NCBI GenBank assembly: GCA_029858305.1
Contig: JAOUFI010000001.1
Location: 160,001-224,000, forward strand
Length of the DNA stretch: 64,000 nucleotides
Direction of reading: 5' to 3'
DNA from: Candidatus Thorarchaeota archaeon
GTDB taxonomy: Archaea > Asgardarchaeota > Thorarchaeia > Thorarchaeales > Thorarchaeaceae
Shown here: one piece after another, positions 39,731 to 48,744 of the stretch
Numbering within the stretch: the stretch's first letter is position 1
Layout: each line of letters begins with the position of its first letter
The notes under the pieces: model-generated
The model's input: the letters and a program-made list of their open reading frames with translations, nothing else
What the model was told of the DNA's origin: nothing
The model's database searches: none
Translations under genes and position numbers: made by a program

Positions 39731-40453
39731 TTACTTAGTCTTACGACCAGTTCTTCTGGCTGCGATGTTACCCACCTTACGACCAGGTGGTGCATGTCTA
39801 CTGACTGTGGATGGTCTGCCTGGAGACTGGTGAGAACCACCACCGTGAGGATGGGAACATGCATTCATTGCAGCACCACGAACCACTGGCCATTTTCGAG
39901 CCTTCCCGCGTATGGAGTGCCATACTGTCCCTGCCTTCAAGAACGGTTTTTCAGAACGGCCGCCTCCAGCAACAATGCCAATAGTTGCCCTACATCTTGG
40001 ACTAAAGGATTTATGAGTTCCACTTGGAAGTCGAACTATAGCCTTTGTCTTGTCAATTGCTATAATCGTCGCAGCAAGACCAGATGCTTTGACATACTTG
40101 CCACCATCACCAGGACTGCCTTCGATATTGTATACTGGGGTACCTTCAGGGATGTACTCAAGCATCAGAGTGTTGCCATTTTCTAAACGTGCATTCTCAC
40201 CACACTCTATTGTCTGGCCAACTTGTGCTCCCTCTGGTGCCACTATATAGTGAATCTTAGTTTCACCTTCATATCTCACTGCAGCAAGAGGTGCGCCTCT
40301 TCCAGATTCGTGGTGGAGATTGACAATTGTTCCCGCATAGGTCTTATCAGGTGCCCATTTAGGATGTCGAGCAGGTGCAATTTTCTTGTGGCTCGGAGAC
40401 CTCCACTGAGTAGTGCCTCTACCTTTTCGCTGTACAAGTATACGTCTACCCAT
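39731..40453 (-). CDS. rpl2: 50S ribosomal protein uL2
   Basis: MGRRILVQRKG, WPVVRGAAMN...HPHGGG. Confidence 0.97.
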   Translation of the reverse strand: MGRRILVQRKGRGTTQWRSPSHKKIAPARHPKWAPDKTYAGTIVNLHHESGRGAPLAAVRYEGETKIHYIVAPEGAQVGQTIECGENARLENGNTLMLEYIPEGTPVYNIEGSPGDGGKYVKASGLAATIIAIDKTKAIVRLPSGTHKSFSPRCRATIGIVAGGGRSEKPFLKAGTVWHSIRGKARKWPVVRGAAMNACSHPHGGGSHQSPGRPSTVSRHAPPGRKVGNIAARRTGRKTK

Positions 40454-40465
40454 TCACAAGCCTCC

Positions 40466-40729
40466 TTAGAAGATCCCGAGGTTGGTCGCAACCTCTGCGG
40501 CACTGTACTCTGGTGCCAATTTCACAAATGCCTTCTTTTTCCCATCAGGCATTATGAGTGTGTTTACTTTCTCCACAACAACATCGTAGAGGGATTCTAC
40601 AGCCCACCGAATGGTGTTCTTGTTTGCTTTGCGTTCTACATAGAATATTAGCTTGTTTTCCTGATCAACAGCCTCAAGACTGGCTTCTGTCACTACTGGT
40701 TGGATAATCACTTCATTTGGATCTCTCAT
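40466..40729 (-). CDS. rpl23: 50S ribosomal protein uL23
   Basis: PVVTE, NKLIFYV, KVNTLI, KKAFVKL. Confidence 0.96.
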   Translation of the reverse strand: MRDPNEVIIQPVVTEASLEAVDQENKLIFYVERKANKNTIRWAVESLYDVVVEKVNTLIMPDGKKKAFVKLAPEYSAAEVATNLGIF

Positions 40730-40740
40730 GATATTTCACC

Positions 40741-41541
40741 TCAGAAGAACAGATTCTCCTTTCCAAGCCTGTCTATGGCTGAAGTTGTCCAGACCACTAG
40801 GCGACCAGCATGTGTTCCAGGAGCCAAGAGCTCCGCATTCAGACCATGGACTTCAGTAATGTCCACGCCAGGAAGATTCCTTGCAGCTGCACCAATTCCC
40901 GAGTCGTTGCCAACAACTATCAGTATTGATTTGGGAGTCTTCATCTTTCTACCGCGCATCTTTCCCTTGCCAGCTCTGACATTTCGACCATTGCTAGCTC
41001 TCTCAAGATCATCACCAAGGCCTAAAGCAGTCAATGTTTCGTAGGCTTCCTTGGTTGTAGCAATTGATTCAAGCTTACTACTTACTACGAGTGGGATTAT
41101 GGGAACTTTGTCTATGTTGTGACCTCTTTTCTTCACAAATTGAGCGTTTGCCGTAGCAGCTATTGCTGAACGGATAGCTAGTCGATTCTCTTTGATATTC
41201 ACTCGCTCAATGAGCACTTTTCGTGCTTCAGGAGGGTGTGCCACTCGACCGCCTACCGTACCAGGAGCAAAACCTGCTTTATTGGCTGCACTCGTTCCAC
41301 TACCCTTGATTCTTGGCATTCTTGACTTGCCATGACCAGTCTGCCAACTCTTAGCTGTGTTACGCTTGCCTGCTAATTCATCAACACCATGTGGTTGAAA
41401 TCTACGTGACTGAACAGCTAGCACAGCCCGCTTAATCACATCCGGACGATATGGAGTGTCAAAATGGGGTGGTAGCTCGATGGTTTCTTTACTGGGTTTT
41501 CCAGTTAATGTGTACGTCTTTATGTTTGCCATAGATGTCAT
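40741..41541 (-). CDS. rpl4: 50S ribosomal protein uL4
   Basis: RPDVIKRAV, GGRVAHPP, RAGKGKMRGR, LAPGTHAGRL. Confidence 0.97.
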   Translation of the reverse strand: MTSMANIKTYTLTGKPSKETIELPPHFDTPYRPDVIKRAVLAVQSRRFQPHGVDELAGKRNTAKSWQTGHGKSRMPRIKGSGTSAANKAGFAPGTVGGRVAHPPEARKVLIERVNIKENRLAIRSAIAATANAQFVKKRGHNIDKVPIIPLVVSSKLESIATTKEAYETLTALGLGDDLERASNGRNVRAGKGKMRGRKMKTPKSILIVVGNDSGIGAAARNLPGVDITEVHGLNAELLAPGTHAGRLVVWTTSAIDRLGKENLFF

Positions 41542-41545
41542 CCTC

Positions 41546-42556
41546 CTACTGCTTCGATGATGTGCTGATGTAGCTCACCTGCATTGGACCTTCTTTTTGA
41601 CCCATCTTTGGACGCATGGCGAGCCGGATTCGTACTGGCCGTTTTATTGTACCAGGAACTGATCCATGAAGCATTATGTAATCACCACGAATGACACCGT
41701 AGTTCACAAATCCGCTAGAGGGCGTGATTTCTTCTCCACGTTCACCCATCTTGAGAATTCTGTTATTGTAACTTGTCCGAGTGTGGAAACCCGTCTGACC
41801 AGGTCTAGGAACGGTGTATCTGATACTAGATGGAGTCCAAGGACCAATACAACCAATTCCACGTTTTGTCTTTCTGGATTTGTGTTGGAGAATTCTAACT
41901 CCCCAGCGGCGGACCGGACCCTGAAATCCATGACCCTTGGTCACTGCAATCGTATCAACGAGGATTCCCTCATCTAGGATGTCTGCTACACGGAGATCGG
42001 TGCCAAGAATACTCTTGGCGTACTCAAAGGCTGTTCTGATATCTCCGCCTGTACCTATTTTGTATTCCACTACATCAGGCTTCTTTTTCGATAGTCCCGC
42101 AAGTCGTGGCTGAGTATGGATTAACATCCGAATCTCGGCAAACGAGTCGAGCTTTGACTCAAACTCTGCCATCTTGGTATCATGGTCATAGTCTTTTGGC
42201 AGTGGCAATGTCTTTCGAAGGTCTTCTGACAAATTACTCGCAAGAACCTCTATTACAAGCCTGAGACCATAGGGAGTAGCCTCATAACCGCGAATTGAGA
42301 ATGGCCTAATCGGAGGTGTATCAATCACTGTGACCGGCATGACAGTTTCCTGTCCGTTGAATGGACTGTCAGGGTTGTTTATTGTAACAACCGCATGGGT
42401 CATACCAGCTTTATATCCGATGAAACCAAGTAGTTTTGCAGCCGAGTCGTTATACTCAGGCCAGTTCTTGATACGGGGCACGAATTTAGAAGCCTTGCCT
42501 CGTGGCAAGTATGCTAGACTGCCACGCCTTGGTGCTTCTTTCTTTCTGTGTGCCAA
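41546..42556 (-). CDS. rpl3: 50S ribosomal protein uL3
   Basis: PRRGSLAYLPR, GYKAGMTH, TKGHGFQGPVRRWG; likely TTG start at 42556. Confidence 0.96.
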   Translation of the reverse strand: MAHRKKEAPRRGSLAYLPRGKASKFVPRIKNWPEYNDSAAKLLGFIGYKAGMTHAVVTINNPDSPFNGQETVMPVTVIDTPPIRPFSIRGYEATPYGLRLVIEVLASNLSEDLRKTLPLPKDYDHDTKMAEFESKLDSFAEIRMLIHTQPRLAGLSKKKPDVVEYKIGTGGDIRTAFEYAKSILGTDLRVADILDEGILVDTIAVTKGHGFQGPVRRWGVRILQHKSRKTKRGIGCIGPWTPSSIRYTVPRPGQTGFHTRTSYNNRILKMGERGEEITPSSGFVNYGVIRGDYIMLHGSVPGTIKRPVRIRLAMRPKMGQKEGPMQVSYISTSSKQ

Positions 42557-42693
42557 TTTTAACACCACAATAATATCCGTATCGAATGGCCGGTAAACTA
42601 GGCTATTCGTACTACAACGGACCCGCCAAGGGGGGATTGTTTTTAAAACTTGCCTACTGACCAAGTACCAATTCGGGGTACTGAAGAAATTAG

Positions 42694-45060
42694 CTAGAAT
42701 CGATTCTGCTCAGTTCTAGCAAGGATTTCGTTTTGCAGATCCTTACCTATGTTAACAAAATAGTCCGAGTATCCAGCAACTCGAACAATAAGGTTCTGAT
42801 AATTTTCTGGATGAGTCTGAGCATCTCGCAAGGTTTCAGCTTTTACAACATTGAACTGAATATGGTGACCACCTAATTTGAAGTACGTAAGGACTAAATC
42901 CGCAAGCTTTCGGCGCCCCTCTTTGTCTGCGAGAACATCAGGCATAAACTTCTGATTTAGAAGGGTACCTCCGGTTTTAGAATGGTCAATCTTGGCGACA
43001 GATTTGATTACAGCAGTAGGCCCACTCTTATCAGCTCCATGACTAGGAGATATCCCGTCAGATAAAGGACCACCAGCTTTTCTACCATCAGGAGTTGCAC
43101 CTGTTACCTGTCCAAAGTAGATGTGTACAGTGGTTGGAAGAAGATTAACGCGATATTCTCCACCCTTTGTATTTGGACGGCCATCGATTGAGTCAAAATA
43201 TACCTGAAAGACTGATTGAGCTATCGCATCTGCATAGTCATCATCATTTCCATACTTTGGCGTCTTGTTCAACAACGTCATTCTCAAAGCATCATTTTCT
43301 TCAAAATCAGTCCTCATCGCTTCAAGCAACTCTGCCATGGTGTACTTCTTTTTATCGAAGACATGATATTTGATTGCAGAGAGCGAATCTGTGATAGTCC
43401 CCATGCCAACGCCCTGAATGTAGGTTGAATTGTATCGAGGACCACCATCATGGTAGTTTCTACCCTTCATAATGCAATCATCAAAAAGAAGGGACATGAA
43501 AGGCGCAGGCATATATTCTGCGTAGAGTCGTTCGATTATATTATTGCCTTTGATTTTGACATCAATAAAGTATCGTAGTTGCTTCTTATAGGCTGTGAAT
43601 AGTTCTTCAAATGACGTGAACTCTGTTACATTTCCTGTTTCTATTCCGACTCTCTTCCCTGTTCGAGGATCGACACCGTTGTTGAGGGTTATTTCTAGTA
43701 TTTTTGGCCAGTTACAGTATCCTGTCAGGATACAGCTCTCTTTTCCAAAAGCGCTGATTGTGACACAACCACTTGGTCCTCCAACCCTTGCGTCCTCGAT
43801 TGACTTTCCCGCTCGAAGAAACTCTTTGATTATCACATCTGTGTTGAACAGAGAGGGTTGACCGAACCCTTCCTTCACCACATCAATTGCGCTCATCAAG
43901 AAACTATCAGGATTCTCCGTACTCATCTGAATACATATACTCGGTTGTATCAACCGCATCTCATTGCAGACCTCAAGAATGAGATAAGAAAGATCGTTGA
44001 CAGCATCCGTACCGTCAGATTTCAGGCCCCCAGTATTAATCAGAGAGAAGTCTTGGTATGTACCACTCTGCTGTTCAGTGATTTCGACTTTTGGTGGAGC
44101 TGGCTGATTATTGAACTTGATCCAGAAACACTGCAAAAGCTCTTTTGAGAACTCCTTTGTAAGGGTTCCATTACTGATATCTCTCTGATAGAAGGGGTAG
44201 AGGTTCAGGTCCAAGCGACCAGGATTGAAACTATCCCAGACATTGAGTTCTATAATTACGCCAAGGTGAATAAACCAGTATGCCTGTAAAGCCTCCCAGA
44301 AATTACGTGGGGGCTTGGCTGGAACGTGAGCGCATATCTCTGCAATTTGATCTAGTTCTTTCTTCCGGACAGGATTGGTCTCCGACTCGGCAAGTTCCCT
44401 CGCTTTGTCAGCATGACGCTGTGCAAAGGAAATCATCGCTTCTGCTGCAATCTGCATTGCCTTGAGCTCTTGCTCCTTTGCGTATGCCTTGTCATCATCA
44501 TAATAATCTAATTTGGAGAGAGCTTGTTGGATGTCATCAATGAAATCGAGAAGTCCACGACGATAGATTTTGTCATCAAGAATTGCGTGTCCGGGAGCTC
44601 TTTGTTCCATAAACTCAGTAAATACGCCAGCCTCAAAGGCGGCCATCCATTGATCTGACATTACACTGAAAACACGTTCACGTATTGTCCTACCAGTCCA
44701 ATAGGGAATAATCTCATCACGATAGGTGCTGAGGGCTTCATCGCTGACCAAGAAAGGTGTGCGTTCTCGTGAATTAGCAATCTTGAGGTCATTAAGAGAA
44801 TGACAACAGAGTTCAGGGTATGTTGGTGTGGCCTGTGGTGCGGACCCACGTTCACCAACGATTAACTCTCCATCATTGATGATGATTGTCTTATTTTCCA
44901 GAATATACTTGAATGCCGTTGCCCTAGCTACTGGATTTGATACTGTATCTGCCCCGCCATTCTGATAGAAATCAGTCAGGAGTTCAGCGCGTTCAGTGCA
45001 GATATAGGGTTTAGTACGAACACTCTGCTCTCGTAATTTCTGAACGCGTTCTGTCAACAT
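42694..45060 (-). CDS. Glycyl radical enzyme, trans-4-hydroxy-L-proline dehydratase (HypD)-like
   Basis: PTYPELCCH, FTEFMEQRAPGH, KFNNQPAPPKV, LPTT.HIYFG, glycyl loop VRVAGYS; Cys loop reads SGCVT. Confidence 0.88.
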   Translation of the reverse strand: MLTERVQKLREQSVRTKPYICTERAELLTDFYQNGGADTVSNPVARATAFKYILENKTIIINDGELIVGERGSAPQATPTYPELCCHSLNDLKIANSRERTPFLVSDEALSTYRDEIIPYWTGRTIRERVFSVMSDQWMAAFEAGVFTEFMEQRAPGHAILDDKIYRRGLLDFIDDIQQALSKLDYYDDDKAYAKEQELKAMQIAAEAMISFAQRHADKARELAESETNPVRKKELDQIAEICAHVPAKPPRNFWEALQAYWFIHLGVIIELNVWDSFNPGRLDLNLYPFYQRDISNGTLTKEFSKELLQCFWIKFNNQPAPPKVEITEQQSGTYQDFSLINTGGLKSDGTDAVNDLSYLILEVCNEMRLIQPSICIQMSTENPDSFLMSAIDVVKEGFGQPSLFNTDVIIKEFLRAGKSIEDARVGGPSGCVTISAFGKESCILTGYCNWPKILEITLNNGVDPRTGKRVGIETGNVTEFTSFEELFTAYKKQLRYFIDVKIKGNNIIERLYAEYMPAPFMSLLFDDCIMKGRNYHDGGPRYNSTYIQGVGMGTITDSLSAIKYHVFDKKKYTMAELLEAMRTDFEENDALRMTLLNKTPKYGNDDDYADAIAQSVFQVYFDSIDGRPNTKGGEYRVNLLPTTVHIYFGQVTGATPDGRKAGGPLSDGISPSHGADKSGPTAVIKSVAKIDHSKTGGTLLNQKFMPDVLADKEGRRKLADLVLTYFKLGGHHIQFNVVKAETLRDAQTHPENYQNLIVRVAGYSDYFVNIGKDLQNEILARTEQNRF

Positions 45061-45147
45061 AGTGTGAACCTCGCTGAATCTCCACAAACGTATCGAGTTT
45101 GATAGATACCTCATCATGTGTCTAAAAAGGTCACGTATAAGGAATGG

Positions 45148-46005
45148 TTAATCGTAGAACCCCTGTCTTGCTATCACCTTTCCTACTGAATTGTTCAAAA
45201 GACCAAGACTGACTATGAGAGCCTCTTCAAGCCGTACTGTTTCGGATCCTTGATCATCTATTGTGTTTATCCAAAAATCAATTTGACGTTTGATATCATC
45301 TCTCTGTACATCGCAAAGCTCCAAGATGCCCCTATTGGGGTCCCCAAACACAGCCAAGACTGAGCCTGTGCTGGACACTGTTGATATCAAATCTTTCTCC
45401 AACTGAAAGAAAGGGGGCGCTTTTCTAGAGAAGCCAATTCGGGTCATATTTCTAGACCGCTCCAGTAGCTCTAGTAGGGTTCCGGTTCGGCTTGCTTCAA
45501 ATCCCCAATAGACTGGAGCTTCTAGTCGGTCTATGATGGATAAAGAGAGAGTCGGAGATACAGCTTCAACTTTGAATAAGGTAGGGTCACGTTCACTCAG
45601 CAACGTTGGAAAATCGATGAGATTATCGAATCCTAAATCAATCTTGCCAGGACGAACTTGAATTCCCCACCTCACTGTACCAGCAGTTAACTCTGATATT
45701 TTTGATAGAAGGGGGTGACTACGGGTTCGTAAGGGTGGAAGAAGTCCTGCATATTGAAGGGAGGGCGACTGGGGAAAGATTCTCCTTCTAAGATATTGGG
45801 GTGTGTCCATAAACCGTAGAATCTTCACGAGAAGATCAGCATCCCTTTTTTGCGTAGCACGGAGTTTTTCTGTGCTATAGACAAACACCTCTTCTACTCG
45901 GAATATTGCAAGTGTTCGAGCGATTTGACCGACCTTTACCGTCTTCTGTCGTAGATCGGTGCAGTCAATCAATGAGGTGTCAGGAAGTGCTACCTTGAGG
46001 GTCAT
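45148..46005 (-). CDS. SPOUT-class RNA methyltransferase (COG2106/SPOUT1-like)
   Basis: IARTLAIFRV, TPQYLRR..F, GLLPPL, QGSETVRLEEA. Confidence 0.88.
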   Translation of the reverse strand: MTLKVALPDTSLIDCTDLRQKTVKVGQIARTLAIFRVEEVFVYSTEKLRATQKRDADLLVKILRFMDTPQYLRRRIFPQSPSLQYAGLLPPLRTRSHPLLSKISELTAGTVRWGIQVRPGKIDLGFDNLIDFPTLLSERDPTLFKVEAVSPTLSLSIIDRLEAPVYWGFEASRTGTLLELLERSRNMTRIGFSRKAPPFFQLEKDLISTVSSTGSVLAVFGDPNRGILELCDVQRDDIKRQIDFWINTIDDQGSETVRLEEALIVSLGLLNNSVGKVIARQGFYD

Positions 46006-46017
46006 AGTAAAGTTCTC

Positions 46018-46479
46018 CTACAAATCTAAAGTAAACCAGAGTGTTGTTCGGTCTGTGCCTTCAAGAATCTTCATGTCAGCATAGGTCATGGCCTTGACCT
46101 CGGTTCGTGCAATGTGTCGATTAAAATCAATGCTTTCACCAAATGCTCTCCCCTTAAGGGAAAAACCTGTTAATTTCTGAGAAATATCAATGATTTCAAA
46201 CCGTGAGAAGAATTGATTGTTGATATCAATAAGAGAGATGAGGGTTCCAATCCATTCCACAAGAAGCTCTTCAAGATCAATGCCTTGTACAGATACTTCA
46301 ACAGATTCTAACGAGGCGACCGTGGTCGTATCAAGTATTACTTCGAATGTCGCTTTTGCGGCCTCTTCAAATGCATCCTTTATTGTCGGAGCCCAGCACT
46401 CGATAGTGATGTCAGCTGTGTGCTCGTGGAATCTGAATCCTCTTTCCAATTGCATAGTCTCCAATGGCACCCACGACAA
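46018..46479 (-). CDS. Archease (RtcB cofactor)
   Basis: HEHTADI, EVKAMTY, C-terminal LDL. Confidence 0.92.
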   Translation of the reverse strand: MSWVPLETMQLERGFRFHEHTADITIECWAPTIKDAFEEAAKATFEVILDTTTVASLESVEVSVQGIDLEELLVEWIGTLISLIDINNQFFSRFEIIDISQKLTGFSLKGRAFGESIDFNRHIARTEVKAMTYADMKILEGTDRTTLWFTLDL

Positions 46480-46516
46480 GAAGCTTAAAAGGCATTTCCA
46501 ACGGTGGAAACCCTAT

Positions 46517-46632
46517 GCCGAGGTAGCCAAGCCCGGACCACGGCGCCGGTCTTGAAAACCGGTGTGTTCGCACCCACGAGTTCAAAAAATGTCACAATTT
46601 GTGATATCGAGCATATCTCGTCCTCGGCGCCA
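46517..46632 (+). tRNA. tRNA-Ser(TGA) with a 29-nt T-loop intron (58/59; 46586-46614)
   Basis: GCCGAGG/CCTCGGC acceptor; CCGGT-CTTGAAA-ACCGG; long variable arm; BHB helix GTTC/GAGC; G73-CCA. Confidence 0.92.
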
Positions 46633-46720
46633 TCTCCATTTTGCTGATTGATGTTCCGTCGCACTGTAAATTCTACATGTGGTGATAATTCACAGAGAGA
46701 GTTGGACAAATGTCCATGAG

Positions 46721-47173
46721 CTAGGCTGTCCCCTTGCCGAAGAGCTTCATTCCTGAAATTGCTGACGCGAGCACAATCATAGCAATCATCATGATATATG
46801 CCATGTATGGGATGTTGAAACCGAGTACAGGAAAAGTCTGAACAAGTTCTGTAACGCAGATAACGACTGAACTGATCGTGGCGAGCACCCACCCTTGTTT
46901 TGAACTCCTCCAGAAGATCAAGTAGACCATGTATAGAATGAATATCTCTACAATCAGGACAGCAAGCCCCATCGTCCGGAGGTGCTCTGAAATCAAGTAT
47001 GCTAATTGAGGATACATACTGACTAACTCTTCCCATGTTAGCTCGCTGTATGCGAGATCATCGAGAAACAACGAGCCCATGATGAAATATGACAAGTAGA
47101 TAGCGATGTGAATTATGACTGTGAATACCCAGAAGAAAATGGCAACCTTACTTGAGATTGTTGATCGATCCAT
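46721..47173 (-). CDS. Hypothetical 4-TM membrane protein (islet cargo)
   Basis: 150 aa hydrophobic ORF between tRNA-Ser and its 3' repeat. Confidence 0.7.
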   Translation of the reverse strand: MDRSTISSKVAIFFWVFTVIIHIAIYLSYFIMGSLFLDDLAYSELTWEELVSMYPQLAYLISEHLRTMGLAVLIVEIFILYMVYLIFWRSSKQGWVLATISSVVICVTELVQTFPVLGFNIPYMAYIMMIAMIVLASAISGMKLFGKGTA

Positions 47174-47260
47174 GGTTTGACACCTTCCGTTTGCAGTCAG
47201 ACAGAAATCATACTCCGATATTTAATATGTGATGTTTATGAAGGGTGAAGTCCTACTCCC

Positions 47261-47282
47261 TCAAATCTAACCCTCGGCGCCA
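47261..47282 (+). repeat. att-like copy of the tRNA-Ser 3' end (intron-less form)
   Basis: TCAAATCTaacCCTCGGCGCCA versus spliced tRNA TCAAATCTcgtCCTCGGCGCCA (19/22). Confidence 0.75.
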
Positions 47283-47352
47283 CATAATTTTGCCGCAATA
47301 GTAGACAATAATCCCAATCTTATTCAACAATCTATGAGTCGGTGTATATCAG

Positions 47353-48129
47353 ATGGACATACCAGTGAACTCTTGGTTCAATGCAATTTCCCTTCGGCAT
47401 TCACAGAGAAAATACTCTGGAGAAAAACCAGATGAAAATGTGGTGAATAGGCTTGATACTGCATGCAGTAGTTTTCATCCTTTCGCTGGTGCAAGAGCCG
47501 TGCTTGTGAGAGAACCTGGCGATGATGTGTTCAAGGGAATCGTTGGTTCATATTTCAAAGTATCAGATGCGCCATATTACATGGCATTCATTGGCGATAT
47601 GACAACACCTAATGTACAAGAGGTAGCAGGATACATAGGCGAAGGAGTCATCCTCGAGGCGACGGCTCTGGGGCTTAATACATGCTGGGTTGGAGGTTTC
47701 ATTAACCGTGATGCTGTATTGAAACAAATCGATATGCAAGACAATGAGCGAGTTCTAGCTATCACACCTATTGGCTACTCGAAGGCTGATTCTGACCGAG
47801 TGGGTTTATCCAGCAAGAATCATAAACGAAAGGATTTGAATAAGCTTATCGTGAATGGAGACCTAGAGGAGAGTAGTTGGAGTAGAACTGCCCTTGAGGC
47901 TGCTAGGTTAGCACCTTCAGCAGCCAATAGACAACCATGGAGATTCGCAATCAAGGAGGACTCAATTGTTGTTTCGGTTATAAGCAAAAGACGAGAATTT
48001 GGTGTTTCAAGAAGGCTTGATTGTGGTATTGCCATGCTTCACCTTGAGTTGGGTGCACTTTCAACGGGTGCCAGCGGGATGTGGAAGTTCCTTGAGCCTC
48101 CCAATGTTGCATCATACAGAACTAACTAA
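47353..48129 (+). CDS. Nitroreductase family protein (tandem domains)
   Basis: RHSQRKY, LGLNTCWVGG, ARLAPSAANRQPWRF, DCGIAMLH. Confidence 0.9.
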   Translation: MDIPVNSWFNAISLRHSQRKYSGEKPDENVVNRLDTACSSFHPFAGARAVLVREPGDDVFKGIVGSYFKVSDAPYYMAFIGDMTTPNVQEVAGYIGEGVILEATALGLNTCWVGGFINRDAVLKQIDMQDNERVLAITPIGYSKADSDRVGLSSKNHKRKDLNKLIVNGDLEESSWSRTALEAARLAPSAANRQPWRFAIKEDSIVVSVISKRREFGVSRRLDCGIAMLHLELGALSTGASGMWKFLEPPNVASYRTN

Positions 48130-48174
48130 ATCGCAGAACTAGCTTTGGAAATTCACTTCTAAGGGACATGATTT

Positions 48175-48636
48175 CTAGTTCTCTTTGAGGAAGACTATAC
48201 TCACAGTTCCTTCTATCGAACCAAGGGGTGTGCTTGTTACATCATTGCCTAGTTCGTCAACTACATACCACTTAGAATCTTGATCTTTGTCTTTGAATGG
48301 CCATGTCTTATGCAGGACTTCTTTTAGAGGAGTAGTCTCATTCCCACGAATGAAATAGTCCTTGCTCGAATCTGCACTTTTCACAGTACGAACAATTTCA
48401 CCACTATAGCCTATTGACCATCGGGCATACCTTGGTATCTTTGAAACAAGATAGGCTGTAGATATAGTAAATGTAATAATAGAGAGCCAAAACACCCACG
48501 TATACTGAGTGTAGGAAATAACGATGATTCCGTATGGAGAAATATAGCCAAACTGTACAAGAAGTAGAAATAAACTGCAGAGAATCCAAATAGACAATGC
48601 CAGAGGATCAACCTTCCATTTTTCCATGAAGCTCAC
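48175..48636 (-). CDS. Hypothetical protein with two N-terminal TM helices and a soluble C-terminal domain
   Basis: 153 aa ORF; GGAG upstream of the start. Confidence 0.65.
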   Translation of the reverse strand: MSFMEKWKVDPLALSIWILCSLFLLLVQFGYISPYGIIVISYTQYTWVFWLSIITFTISTAYLVSKIPRYARWSIGYSGEIVRTVKSADSSKDYFIRGNETTPLKEVLHKTWPFKDKDQDSKWYVVDELGNDVTSTPLGSIEGTVSIVFLKEN

Positions 48637-48744
48637 ATCTCCGCTAGTTGGTTCAGTGTTTAGCTCATATGAAAGGCTATAGCACTTGTTAAAATTTGAA
48701 TATATGCTTCAGATTCAGTAACCACTTTTTCGGAAAGCAGTCAT

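Noticed and set aside
46517-46632. tRNA with TGA in the anticodon and a long variable arm considered as tRNA-Sec
   Set aside because: Anticodon UGA reads Ser codon UCA; Sec needs anticodon UCA and a longer acceptor stem, and this one has 7 bp
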